Source: Raillietiella orientalis (lineage: Eukaryota). Taken from it: 64,000 nucleotides of DNA. Under the pieces are notes generated by a model. The model was not told where the DNA came from. It saw only the letters and a list, made by a program, of their open reading frames with translations, and did no database searches. The position numbers were made by a program, and so were the translations under genes. This document shows, piece after piece, positions 39,301 to 54,300 of this stretch (within the stretch, counting starts at the first letter, position 1; the number at the start of each line of letters is the position of its first letter). Where the stretch lies: positions 2,170,001-2,234,000 of the forward strand of contig JAYWIR010000027.1 in assembly GCA_036172245.1 (NCBI GenBank), read 5' to 3'.

Positions 39301-42300
39301 AAACTTCTTGATTCATATGAACACCGGAATTCCATTACTCGCTATTTGTTGCAAACATCGCAATATCTCAGAATACCAAGTCGTATCACGCAAGGTTAAG
39401 AGTCAATTCGGGATCATTAACAAATCCCAATTCAGCTCTGTAAGAATCAAAAAACTTATCAAATTCATGATTTAGGAAACCTCGCTGATCTTTTTTTTTT
39501 TTTTTTTTTTCTACATCTTAAGGATTATCGGTTTACCAAATTTTGAATTGATCCATTCTCTCAGATAATACTTACTCCTTTCGCAGAACTGAAATTTGAA
39601 TAACTATTTCCTACGCTTAGTGTAATCAAATGGCAAGTTTAACCAAAGTCAATCTACAATTTTTGTTACAAAGTTCATATGTGAGTATTGGAATTAGTTT
39701 TAAACCAAATGACTTACTTTACATATATCCTCACCGCAAGCAATCCTTACTTTATGACAAATTTTTTTTTTATTATATACTAGTTACAAGTTAGTATTCG
39801 TAACGAATGGGATTATCAAACTGAAATGAGCATCATTTTTGAAGTTGCTTGTAAATATCGTACAATCAAACTTTCTTTTCAATAAACTTAACAAGAAATC
39901 ACTGTTTTCATCCGCAAATATTCATGCCAAATGATTAAAGCGCACAAAGTGTATAACTGTATAAAAAGAACACTATAATCATATGATCATTTCATTAGTT
40001 AAACGCCTGCAGAGCTACAGTAAGGTTTTTCCAAAAAGAATTAGTACGTTCCTGGCAGCTTAAACATTTCTTCCAGACCTCATCCTGTATTATTATTTGT
40101 ACCGTAATGACTGGGTTGTGAAACAGAGCAACACAGTTCGCAATGGCGTATAAAACTCTTCTAATTTTAAGGCTTATAGTGTTTTAAAACTTCATTTAAA
40201 GACAAAAGCTATGAATGCTTTTTGAGAATTCTCGATTGTCCCAACAACAACAAATTGCCTTAGGAAAAGTATACATTAGATGAAATCAGAAATCACTGAT
40301 ACGAATACGATATACGAATTGGAATGGTTCATATACGAGTGTGTGATTAAATTCAATGTTGCAGGGCTTTTACATGCAAACTGTACACATTACTTGATTT
40401 AGAGCTCAAGCCAACAACAGTTAGAATCTTATATCCTCAGAATCAAAATGGAAAATTAAAAAGAGAATGCTATCGTTTGAAGTTCATATCTGCCTAATAA
40501 CTGCTCCCTGGGATTCTCAGTCCTGAGATTCTGGATTTCTTTCATTGACTCATACTTATGATTTCTAAAATTTTTGAGTTAGATTTGAATATCGTCAGCC
40601 TATCATAGAAGGATTCAAAGGACTTCAGGACCAAATGTTCCATTCAAGAAACTTCAGAAATTCACTGTGCCGATGCCCAAGGTTTAATGTATTTATCCTG
40701 CATGGCGTACAGGGAGCTGAAATATTGTTTCTCGATTTTGTTAAATAAAATTTCGAGTATTTCCTGAATCGCAGACGGAGTATGGACCGGCTGATTCTAT
40801 AAGGTTTGGATGTGCATACCTGAAGGAATTTTTTGGAATACTTCCTTGTTTGCTGAAAATGACGACTATTTCTTGGGATGTATTATTCATTTCGATTTTG
40901 CAACGGCATACCTTTGATCTTTCAAAACAACAACAGAAATATGCACTGCGAAATAAATTTAAGCCGAGGGTTTCCAGAGTTTGTAATACTTATCAGTAAT
41001 ATACAAATTAAAATTTTGAACGGGGAAAGTAACGAAACACGGATTGGCAGATAAAAAAAAAAGAAAAATAATGAAATAGAAAAATAATTAAAAGAGCCAA
41101 TCACATAAAAAAATGGCTTTATTATCATTCAAGTGTGATAGACATTCCATACGTAAATTTCCGTGAGCCTTCATGATTCTTGTAGTTATTTATGAGAATT
41201 TCATGAAGGGGTAAATAAAAATATAAAAGCACACTCGAACTTGAAGAAAAGGATTGAGAAAATTTCTGATACGCATTCATTGAAGATGTTTGCTTGATTT
41301 TGGAGGACTTTGTTTGGACTCTTGGGATAGTATTTTTCTCCTACCAGGGAGCACAGTGCGCATGGCCAGGAAGGCACGTTTGGTGCCCTAAGCTTTGCAG
41401 GACAGAACAGAACTTTGGCAGCTCGAAATCACTTTGCTGCCAATCTGTGATTTCCTTCGAGTTCTAAATTTCTTTTTTTTTTTTGTGTTGTTGTTGTTGT
41501 TTCTATTCGGGGTATTTTCGTGACCATTCAAGTTCTTGACTCATCATACCTTCGTTATGCACTTAAAAAAAAAAAAGAAAAATGTCCAGGTTCCCGTGCT
41601 GGTTGCCAACGACTTCTAATTCGATGCAGTTCTTCAGTTGCATTGTGGGCACTTGCAGTGGTCCTTTCCAATGAAGATTTCCGGCATATGGTTTTGAGTC
41701 ATCCGATTTTGAGTTGATGAGTACTGGGTGTCTATTAGAGATTGCATTGTCATGAGCAAATACAAAATAAATGTAATAACAATGTGGAATCATTAATGTA
41801 AGGGATCGAATGGCATATGTAGAATTCCTAGTATAGATGTTTGATTAACCCTTAGGTTTACAAAAAGTGCTAAGTATTTCCAAAGATTTAACGGTGCCGT
41901 GCGGCGTAATTGTGCTATTCCATGAAAAAAAACTAGTGGAACATTTTATGATCCAGAAAATTTTGATATCGTAAATCCGATATTCTCAACAGATCAAGAA
42001 TCTTTTATTGCCTAAATGAACTTTATGTATAATATCAATTTATGAATCTTAACAGCTTGCCCTACAAATTTGTTAAGCTTGTCTATTATAATAAGGGGTG
42101 TTGTGAGTACAAAAATAAATGTATGTTTTTACAACTGCACAGTGTTCAATGGATAGAAAAACTGGTTGATTTGGCTAATTTAAACTGTAGTGTGGTGATC
42201 CGATTCCAAAGTTTGCACATGAGACAAGTTGTAGAACTTCAGGCAGCAGAACATATGCCATATATAAAAAAGGCTTTGAAAATGTTTCTATTTTTCTCGT

Positions 42301-43756
42301 ATTTCACATTCCAGGTCTTGTGACTGTTTAGCATTTCATGACACAAGCTTAGACTAAGAAACGCAGTGATTAAGATGGTGTGTTTGAACTTGCTTGGAAA
42401 CACATGTTCCTCCTTCACAAGTTCAGATATGTACATCATATGCTCCTATGCCTTATTTGGATGAAGCCATATCCAAACCTAATTAATTCTGTTGTAGCAG
42501 TGGAATCTCCTGTGCATGTATGAAATTACAAAACTGGAAGGCAAGTCTTGTTTATTTGCATATACAGTTTGTGTTTTTTGGTACATTTCAAAAATTTATT
42601 GTTGAATCTTCGCAAATATTCACCAGAATTTTATGAAGTTTTTGGTTAAAAAATTTTCTTCACTCTATTTGAAAGTTCATAACTATTCACCAGTTTCAGA
42701 GTTTTATAGAAAATTTTCACACTATTTCACTGTACTTGCAAGCCCAAGGCTTGAGATGTTGTAAAGGAATACCCTATGACTACTTTAGTATTGGAAAAGA
42801 AGAATGGCTTGCACTTTTGGTCAAAATAGAACTCACAATTAAACATCGAATTTAAATCCATGATAAAGACTAATTGCCAAAATTAACTTAACAAAGCTCT
42901 ATTTATATGAAGCACAATTGTAGATGCCCTAATGAACTCCAGATTCCCTTCTAGTCTGTTCACTATCAACTTTTTCAATCATCAAGGATCTGTAACAAGA
43001 CTTTCAAACATATGAAGTAATAACATTATCAGTGATTATGTTTTCACTTTTCTTCTTTCCATTATCAAAGTTAAACATTGCATTTTTCACGAATTATATT
43101 TTACTGAATGCTTCAAATTTCCAAAAGAGAAATATACTAATTACATCACTGCTTTTATTTAACAGTTGTTAAGCATTAGTTCACTTCTGCTGATGCATTT
43201 GCTGTTTTCTCTTGTGATTCTAAAGGGATGTTTTCAAAAGGAATTAATACTATGATCACTATAAATTGCTGTGAATTGAAATGCTTGATTCAGATTTCAT
43301 ACCACTAAGACTGAACATAGCAATTAAGACACAAATATATGGCAAAATAAGAGAAACGTGCAGCTGTGCTTGGGACTTTCTAAACATTCTTATTGATAAG
43401 GTTACATGCATGCAACACAAGTGGTAAACTAGTTTTGGAGTTCAGTCTTACAGACAGAAGCAACAAATGTATGTCACACGTAAATAAGTGTTTGCAATAC
43501 ATAGATTTTATAAGGCATCTATAAACCATATTATATATGCACAAACAAGTAGTCTTTGAAATGCATTTTTAGTTGACTAAAAACTTGTATGCTAAACAGC
43601 AAATCAGTTATTTTCTTTGTCACTATGGATGAAATCAAAACTATTCAAAACTGTAGGTCATTTATTTTTTCAAAAAATAAATATCTAGAATACCACCTTA
43701 TAATATTGTGGTGAAAAAGATTTTTGATATCAGAAAGAACATTCAGCAAAAAGAAA

Positions 43757-45886
43757 CTATAAATATTGCTGTTTGGAGTATGTAGGACTTGTTACAGTAC
43801 AAACAAGTTTGGTGCTATCTTGAAACTTGGGATGCCTGTTGTCGGATAAGGATCTTTTTAGCACATTCAGCCTTGGTCTGAATGGAATTGACCTCAGCTT
43901 ATCAACTGCACGGGAAACTAACAAAGGAGCTTTGCTCCCAAAAGATTTTGATGGCAAATCTACAATTCAAGCAGAGTATCTTTTGCAGAATTTGTAAGAA
44001 GGATGCTATTTTCTAACCTACCGTTATTTGGAATTATGAGGTTTCCATTGGAAAATTTCAGCTTCGAGAAACTGGCATCCTAAAATAAGCAACAAAATTT
44101 GTGCTTGTATACTGGTAGTGCTTTACATCTAAAATATCATTTTTTCAAGTGAAATAATTAATAATGCTGAAATGCTGGTAATAAAATACAGCCATACTTG
44201 AAAGTGATAAATATATCTGAACAAGGCATCCATGGGAAGAATTGAGGAGGGATCACTATGACTTAAAAGTAAATACTATATGTGCCGAATTTTTCCGGAG
44301 AAAATAAAAATACATACAAATGGTAACTTGCGTGCACTTTCGAACTTCCACTTTTGCAAACACTACTTTACACTAATATCACACAAACATAACTGCAGTC
44401 AAAACAACCAACCATATGATGTTGAAATTGTATGCATTCTGAGATACTATGGCTGAATTAATAGATAGACAAAGATGCAAACATGCATAAATGCTTCCGG
44501 ACTGAAATAATGGCAGATTTCCATAAACGAAAAACAAAATTACACACAGAAAGTTTCCATGCCTATTCAGACAACCATCAACGTCATGATGAATTTCAGA
44601 GTTATCTTTCGGAAATAAGGTTCCAGTATTTGTTAACACCAAATCAGACACATCATAGGTCTATAAACTTATTATTACCACTGTTTATTTGTTTCAGCGT
44701 CTTAGAATCCATGACATTCAAACTTTTATAGCAGACACTTTCTATTAATCTATATCTTCTGTTAATCAGTATGTATACTTATCCAAGCATCCCATCCTCT
44801 GCCAAAAATTAGTTTAATATACTAGCCACCAGATTGGCCATATACCAGGTAAGAACAGGTTTATTTGATCACAAAAAAACGAGAGTTTACAGTCATATGA
44901 TTACGGGAAGTTACGAAATTTTTTTCATATACATGTAATGCTATAAAACTAAATGTAGAAGAGAGATGGGCATTCACATGGTTAAGAACATAAGACTTAA
45001 CAACAACAATAATAAAATTAAATGTCACGTTACAGTTTCAGCTGAGAAAACATTTCAAAAAATCAAAATCAAAGATTATTAATTTTTAATAGCTTAGCAA
45101 GACAATCTCATAAGAAAACACCTGGATTTATGGTTTATCAACGAATACATCATAACTTGTTAGCCCAGAGAAAAACATGCTGATCATTAAACTAAAATCA
45201 GTACTTCATAATTTTAATGACGTCATTAAATTGGGAGACTACACTTCAGTCTATTTCCGTTTAGATCTTTTAATTAAATTACACCAAACAGAAACGTTCA
45301 TTTTAAACATAGATTCAAGACCCAAGAACACTTATTTTTAATTTCTCCTCAGGCATCACATTTTCCAGACACTTGAGTTTATTTTGATAAAATACAAAAA
45401 AGTTCTTTTCCTAAATTTATATTTAATGATGCACAAAAAAATTTATGATGCAGGAATTTCTGACTGACTGATATATTAAAATAAAGGTGATCAGAAATAT
45501 AAAAGCAACACATTGAAACCTGCTGCTTACATATGTAAATGCATTGCAAAGACTCAAGAACTGAAAATCAAAACTGTTTCTAAGAGATTACCAAAACTTA
45601 AATCAAAGGAAACTTATTCAGCTAATCTTTTGTTAGAATAAACATCAAGGAAATGCACATCAAATAATTAAGATTAAATATTTACGGTTGTTTTCTCAGC
45701 TCATTTTAAATATTACTGATTTATTCATAAAACACCTTCATCAATGTTGTGTACTTTGAAAAAACATTGGACCACAAAATTTAATGAATGATGGTCTTGC
45801 ATTACAGCATAGCTAAACAAAATGCTTTAAAAATAAACCTACCTCAACTTTTGTTGCCTCTGGTAAATCTAAATTACCTTGGTTAT
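43757..45886 (-). CDS. Probable distal 3' exons of the same phosphatase: 45886-45843, 44079-44022, 43959-43757
   Basis: Three stop-free segments with good acceptors (ttttag, ttttag, ttgtag); the first two have GTAGG donors. Phases chain 1-0, 0-1, 1-stop from the phase-1 donor at 51404. Ends ...SPTYSKQQYL*, with minus-strand AATAAA at 43666-43661. Confidence 0.6.
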
Positions 45887-48800
45887 CTAAAATAGAAAAA
45901 TTTTAAGTTCTTATGAGCTCTAAGCAATAGCATTACAATGAAGAAATCAAAAACATCATAGGATAAACTGAAATCATCATCAATTAACTTAAAACTTATT
46001 TGGATTAAAATCAGAAGAAAATCAATTTCTCACATAAACTGCAAAAATGCTCGATCATGTGTAATGACTGAATTACTGACTCTTTCTGATCAGTAAACCA
46101 ATCCAACGGTGCTCTTGTTATATCTGCTCAAAATCGGCCATTTAGATTGGATATGACATTTGGACAGAAACTTTACTGTGAACCAGTATTAACTACTACA
46201 GATGAGAGGACTTGATGACCTGGTAACATCTCTTTGAAATCAGTCCAAATAAACCTGTTTTTTTGTTTTTGAAACTATCCTAAATAGGATCATAACCTTC
46301 TGCAAACACACCAATCTGCATCATATGCCTACTTTACCTACAAACATGCATTACAATACTAAGTATCATCACCATGAAAAGTATGCAACTTCTGCCCACT
46401 TGATTATTTTAAAAGTTAGGCTTCACTGCAAATTCAAGACTTATGCTTGAGATACTGACTTACTGATCAGTAATGAATGTTTTGCACTTCATATATCTAT
46501 ATTTGCTTATGACTGATATAATCCTAATGAATGCACTAATAAAATCTGCTGTTATTGCTCAAACATAATAAACCAGCTATCTGATCATCAATAGCTATTG
46601 CATTTATTTAACTTCCTATTAATCCTCGACGATCTTTTGGTTTTGCAAGATAATGTCGAATCTGAAAACATTGATTTTGACTTCTGATCATAAAAACTGT
46701 TGAAAAATGCACAACGGAGTATTTCTGGACAAAGTTGCTGCCAAAACCATAGGGCACCAAAGCCAGAATGAAACCAGCTTTGAAATAGTTCGCAAGTTTA
46801 CCTTATAAATATCGTCCCCATCAAGTTTAATAATGAACACACAGTTTATATCCTAAGATTTCTTAGCAGTTCTCTTTTTCAATACAAGAAAAAATTGATT
46901 ATTGCAACACCAGCTCATTTTTACACATGTTATTGTAGTTCATACTATAATATGTATGTCAATGGTAATGTTTCCCATGAGAACGTCAAGGAATAATTTA
47001 TAAAAACTGATCAAGCTTTTGGTTGCTAACAAATTCTAGTTGCTAAAAATACCTTAATGGTTTGGAAAATCGAACTATTGCTTTTCATTTGATGAATGAT
47101 CAGCTTATTGCTCCTGATGTCTTGTAACAAAAGTAAACATGCTGAAGAGTCGTAAAGTCAAATATTAATTTGTTCATATTTTTGATTTCAAGTTATTTCT
47201 TCAGAAAATCAAGAATGCAAATCATGGTAGTTGGAAATTCAGTACCACATCTAAGCATACTGCAGAACTCAATGTTTTATTTTAGAATGTTCTGGAATTG
47301 CAGCTTTTTATCATATCTTACTTCACATTACAGTGATGCCTGCACAGTGCTTTGCACACTCATCAACTTAAATGGTAGATCACAACATGAACAATCTGCA
47401 CACTATATTAAGGCAATGGGGGTAATCATGAAGACAAATCAAAAGTAAGTTGAGGAAAAGAAACTCTCAAAATCATTTGCTAACTTCACATTTGAGTGTA
47501 TAATCTTAACACACAAGAAACGTTTGTTTGCAGAATTCCATACAACCTGCACAAAGTGCAAGATTACATTGTTCTGAATTAATCTGGTAGATACTTTTAT
47601 ACACCAAATCCAAAGCTTTTATGGCAGACAAACTGCATGGTAGTTGATGGTATTCAAACAACTTGATGGTGATTCACCACATCAGTTCTACATTTGCAGA
47701 ACAAACACAATCTCAATAATTTTCTTTTGTTTATTACGAGGTTGTCTTTTTTGTCATACTGAATGACAAAAGTAACAACGAACTTTACAGACCGGATGTT
47801 CAGGGCACAATTGGAAGAGACAAGGATTTATTGATGCAATGACTAGTTAATTTTCTGCAGTTTTTTTCAAGCACACATGTCTAAAATAATAGCAAAATGA
47901 TTAATAAAATGATTCACTATGTTCCATTTAAGTGTAAAACATCAACATTAATGCTTATAGTTGTAAGTAAATGATTCCTATTCATATATATAAACTCAAA
48001 AATGTTGAATATGCAAGTACTTTATGGATGCACTATGGGCTCAGAGAATGGTTTTACATAAACACATCCAGCATCAACTCAAGTAGTTCAAACTTGGATT
48101 TAAAAAAATTCCGTAACTTCAAAAATTAATAAAACGACAGAAAGATCATCAGAAAGATCAGGCGAAAAATAAAAAAAGGAAAACAGTTAAGTAATTAAGT
48201 GTGTGTAAAACATGAGAATTCCAATTGCAGCACACATGTTTCAATGTGCAATAGCATGATGAAATTCAGTTCAAAACAAAAAGTACTTTGTCTAATTTTC
48301 TTGATATGCAAAAAGATGGTGATTTGGTGATTCAAAATCATCAAAACAGGTTCATAGAACAGACAAAAAATGCATGTGCAGCCCATGATGGAATAGGCCA
48401 TTGTAAGCATGGATGTTTTACTTAATTTTGAAGCAGAGGAAAGACAGATACGAAAAATTAAATACTTATTTTCTTGTAGTTCTTGGAGGAATGCTTTAGA
48501 ATTTATTCAACAACGCAAAAATCATCAGAATTGATCATCACTTGCATGCTTGCAATTGATTACAAGTAATAACTTGAAAGCTTCAATAGATTCACTAGTT
48601 TTTATGCAGTGACTACATTCCACAGTTATCACCAATAAGGTAATCTGCTGAATCATGACGGTTCTCAAATGCTCCATGTTTGAATGGTTTAATATTACAA
48701 AAAGTGCTGCATGGAAAAACATGCATTTGTGAAATACTAACAGCATTTCCAAAAAGTTTCGAAGGTACATGCATGTGAGAGACTTCATAATTATACACAA

Positions 48801-51313
48801 TCATCTCCTTAAACAATGGTCAAAACTTTTGTAAATGATTACAGAAGAGTGCCAAAACTTGCAAGCAGCTTATTTCCCTGGTGATAGAACATAAGCTGCT
48901 TTCTATTTTATTTATTAAAACAGAAAATATTGTTTTGCTTTCTGATGAAATACTGAAACATAACTGACATAAAACTGAATGAGACACCAGTTCTTTCCAC
49001 AGTACTACAACTATACAGAAAACTACTTATAGAGCATAGAAGATGCTAGAAAGATGAAACTTTATTCACCCAAACCTACTTGGCAACTTTTCATTTAATC
49101 AAAGGTCATCAACCTAACATGCTTCATTGGTGTTTAAAAACTTCTGAAGTTTACGAACCTACAACATACATCAGCAATTTTAGTAGATATAAGAACTAAA
49201 CACATACATAGTTAACAATATTATGCAAGACTATAAAGTAACATTAGAGATAATTGAACATTACAGAGAACTATTAACAAATACCATATAAAAGGTCTCA
49301 CGAAGCAAAAGAAGAAATGCTATGTACCAATCTTTTGATTTAAGCAATAGCAAAGTTTCAAAGCCCATCTGAGCACATGCATTTAGCAGAATCAAGAATT
49401 ACGCATTTTTTTTTTTTTCCATCAGTTTTGATCGTTTTACTCATTCTATAAAAAGCCAAGAAAGGAAGGTGATGCTCGCATCCTTCCTCGTTTCAATAAT
49501 CCCACAACCAGTCTTCTCAATTAATGTTTAATGTTGATTGTCACAAGCAAATAGGATGTTCATGCAGAAAGGAGTCTTGATAAGACAAATCAACACATTG
49601 TTCAGTTAACAAAAACATATCCAAAAGAATCCATAATGTGAAGCCCAACTTTGCATCTTTCTCAACATTTTTCAACACCATTCAGATAAAGCAACATCAC
49701 AGAAATTACAAATCCAAATTTATAACAAAAACGCATAATACTTTAAAATGTAAACACTTCCTTTCTGCTAATTTGCAGAAATTGCTCTGATGCTTCCATT
49801 CATCATTTGTTCTTGCTACATGAGTTTCCAATGCAAACTGCAAGCACACTTTTATATACACATGCATTTACAAATTCCCTAGACAAAATTATCATTTGCA
49901 ACTAGATAATTGCTAAACATAATCACTGGATTATTATTATGCCTTATCCCCCCCCCCCCCCAAGAAGAATGTGCTTGGGAATGTGATTAATTGATACTGC
50001 TGTTACTTTTAGACTCATGTCTTTTCACCAAAGCAGACTATCACAATAAACTTTCAAGAGATGAAAATCAATAAGCTCATCTCACAACTTGTCACATCTA
50101 ATGACTTTGTGGATTAACAACTTAGTATTCTAATTATTAGAGTTTGAGAACTTCAGGAGGAAAACTAAAGGTTGAGCGCTACTTAAAGTAGCATAAGAGA
50201 TGGACCTTCAATAATTTATGGATAAAGTAAAATCAAGTATTGGATAGAGTTTGTAATGCATTTCGAGTTTTGCAGTCACATTGCATACCTTGAGTTTTCT
50301 TTCTTCACTATAAAAAGTACAAAAATGCATTGCTCTGGAAGAATTGAAGATTGTAATTTATTTTGACAAGTTTCATGGTGGTAAGCTGAGCCTTAATATT
50401 TTTTTCTAAAATATTTCCTTATAATCACACACAAAGAGCCTACTCAGTACATAAATTTCAACAATCTAATTCAAAAACAAGCCTTTTTTCCCATGTGTAC
50501 TCATTTGCATTTATCTTGCCACCATAGATCTGCATAGTAACATTTCATTTCTTTCCAATTCTTGAAACTGTCAAACTGTTCATATTTGTATTTTACATTC
50601 AGTTATTAAGAATCTTGCTTTCTTTTATGCACATTATTTATTTGACATTTCTCATTTGAAACTTAAAAAATTTTAATTATTATTACTTTTATTGGATTTT
50701 TCATGGAAACATTAAATTCAAATACAGAAAAAGGCATAACAATTTCCCTAACTTTCTGCTTGTAACAACGAAAGTTTATTCTATACCTTTCTGATTAATT
50801 TTTCACTACTTAACAGACACTAGACAGAGATTTTTTAGCATCAAATATATGCTTAGTGTATTTACACTACACCTTAATCTCATACATTTTACATGCTTTG
50901 TGAAAATATTACACAGATTTAGGCAGATTTACTCATGTTACATTTGACAGTTACACAATAATCAATACACAGAATGAAATTGCTAAAATACACAATTATT
51001 CAGTAAAGCATGTTCACTGTAATGAAAATACTACTACCTGACACAATAATGCAATAGTTCTGATAACCACTATCATCATCAAATATACAGCACAAACAGT
51101 ACAAAGTTACTGACTTGAACTGATGCTTTGCTGTCAACACTTGAGACATCCTATGTTTCAATGATTACTTTTGCAAGTTTGCAGCCCTAGCAACTGTTAA
51201 TAACTAAGTTTCTCACATTGATGCAAAAACTACACATTTAAAAATGATCTCCGGAAAAATAAAACTTAGGTAATGATTACAAAAGACGGTGATTATCAAT
51301 AATTACATGTTCT

Positions 51314-54300
51314 TTATTCTTTAAAATTCAAACGTAAGTCTGGAAACTTAGCCTCTAAGGAAGCAATAAAAAGAGAAAAACGCATAAAATTATTTTATAA
51401 TTACCTCTTTTATTTGAAGTTGCGTTACAAGGGATGTTTTTCCAACTAAAATTATCAACTGATGAGTTTTTAAAAGAATCACACAAAACCTCCGATACAT
51501 TTTTGGTAACAGACCATGGAGGAGGGCTTTTGTGTTTTTGCATTAAGCTTTCATATGAAGGTGGCGATCGTTTTTTGGGAACAAAATTTTTTGGCATTTT
51601 AGCAACATTGGACTTATCAATAGTTTCCAAATTAATTGCACTGAATCCATCAACATTGGAAACAGCCATTTGTGTTGACTTTTCCAAGTGCAATCTACAA
51701 GTGCTTTCCAAACTGGAAACTTCAAGATTGTTGTACAGATAACTTTTGGAATGTTCTTCCTTTCTTGCATCACAATCATAAGAGTTTGTGCTATGATTTC
51801 TATGTATATTATGTGAAACACTAAATGATTTTAAGTTCTGAACACTACTTGGATTGTATGATTTTAAAGGATACGGAAAGAAAACATCTGAGTTTGAAGC
51901 ATGACTTCTGTTCTTACAATGAGCAGATGATGAACCAGATGCATTTGTTACATCCACATTTTTCTTATCTATGGCTTTCATATAACTGTTTCTTCTCTCC
52001 CTGCATCTTGTTGAACTTATATCAGGAAACAGACAACCAGCATTGTTTACATAATGACTTTGGCAGAGTTTCTCATGGGTATTTCTCAGATCATCCAAAC
52101 CTTGTTGATTTAAGGAATTAACACTAAGAGGGCATTTTGAATCCATTAAAGATAAGAACTTTGAATGATTTTTCAAGGAATGTGATGAGTGAGAATGAAC
52201 ATAAGTTTTATGTACATCAAAGTCTGAAGAAATGAATTTTTGGTGAATTGTAAGAGATTTTTTGTCCACATGATACACTGACTTCCATTTCAGTTCTAGT
52301 CCTTTCACTGCATCTTCATATGATGGTAATGGTACTTTGGGACTGGCAGGATTTTCACAATACTTTTCTGAAAACTCTGCATTTAATGTAACTGAGCTGG
52401 CATTTCGAGGAAGCGAATGACTAAACCCTGCCTCGATTTTCTCCAATTCAGAAGCAACAGGTTGCAAAGAAATTTTCAGTGATTTGCTTCTGTGAATTGC
52501 TGGGGATTTTGTCATTGCAAATCCTTCTGAGTGAACACCTTTCTGCAAATTGCAGCTAACTTGTGAGAGATCAGCACATGATCTCTGCTTTTCCTGAGGA
52601 GATTGCTGCTCAGCATCAAGATCAGTATTCTTCCCAATCACAGTCGATTTAAAAGTTTCACAGACTGCCTCATCAAAAGGGAAACCAGTATTTAAGTTTA
52701 TTACTGCTCTTGATAGGTCCATGACAGAATGACTATCATGGACGCCATTTACACTTTCCAAGTCCAATTTATTTTCAGCCGGTTTGAGAATACTTTTGTG
52801 TTGTAGTGATCGAATATAAGTAGCTGCTCTTAACAGGAACTGTTGCTGTGTTAGTAGATCATTGTTGAAACTTTCAACTACAATTAATGATGTATTAAAA
52901 TACATACATAGGAACATACCAGGATGTGGTGTTTCTGCATTTGCATCAGAGCACAATGTTGAAACTCCATTTGCATCCACATTTTCATAGATATGTGTAT
53001 CAAGCATTTTCAACTGATCTAAGAACATTTCTTTGACCACACGATGCACTAAAATATATTGTTCTTTGGTTTGTACCATGGCAACCCTCTGCTGTCTCAT
53101 ATCCCAAATAATTTTATAAAGGCTAAAACAGTCAAGTTTCTAAAAAGAGAGAGAAAAAACAAAATAACTAAACATGACTTCATTGCAAAAATGAAAACTG
53201 AAACGATTTAATTAACTAAACTATTGAATTTTATTTCCTTCTGTCCTTTTTCCTTTTTATCATAGAAGAAAAAAATCTGGAGGACTATCTAAATTATTAA
53301 TATTAGTGTCAATCTAAAATGCAAATGCAAGAAAATATTTAGTATTAAAGAAAAACCGGACGTTTGGTTGAATAACCCAATTTGTTTAATTATGCCTACA
53401 TGATTCAGCACATCAGCAGTCAGTATTCAAATAGAAGAGAAAAGGATTTTGTTTTCTTTTGTGCTTTAGGTTAGTTTATTCATACATTCACCTCGCCTGT
53501 TACAATTTTTTTTCCAATGTTGGAAGAAAAAGATGATGTTAAAAAAATGCTTGATAAAAAAGATAACAACACCTAAAAAATACTACCAAAACAAAACCCA
53601 CAATCTCATTTATTTATAAAATGACTATTTAAAGCACTGCGTATTAGCAGGAAAATCCAATAACTTGTGAACATAATCTTCAAAACTGATTAATTTGAAA
53701 GGTGCAATTCTAGAATGGATGAGACTTTAATCACAAAACACATACATTAAAATGAAAACAATAGTAGGCAAATTAAAGTTGCCGATTTTTATTTTTTTTT
53801 CCCCTGACACCAATGCTATAAAACTAAGATCGTCCATCCCCACATCAGTTTTCAATTTGTAGTCAATATTCATAACTTCAAGTTGATACTGACAGTAATA
53901 TATGTGTACAATATTATGGCAAACAACTTTCAAAATTGCTATTAACAAGACAATGAAACGATGCATTAGCAGATTTTCCGCAATCTTAACACTTTTATGA
54001 AAACAAAGCTCACTCTCTAAATAATTTATCCTTCATCTTAATTTGTTATGAATGTTATACACATTTCCACAGTTTCTATTCAGTAAGTGAAAATGAATTG
54101 AAAGAAATAAAAACTGATACAATAAAAAAAAAAAATTAACTTGTTTATCATATTCAGTGAATACACACGAAACTCTAGTGGCAAACAAAGATGTAAAGCA
54201 TTGCTTCCAAAGTCTATATCATACTTGCTGTACTATCAACTGTCACAAATTCTTACCCCAAGTCTAAGAAGGCACCAAACATAATCTATTGCACAAATTG

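Noticed and set aside
40560..40900. Possible + strand RT remnant (LDL, AY, FLG-like words)
   Set aside because: Matches too weak to distinguish from chance.
46570..46661. Possible third terminal exon for the phosphatase (ttttcag|ATTCG..., DSTLSCK...NSY*)
   Set aside because: Only an acceptor and a short open frame, with no homology or other support.
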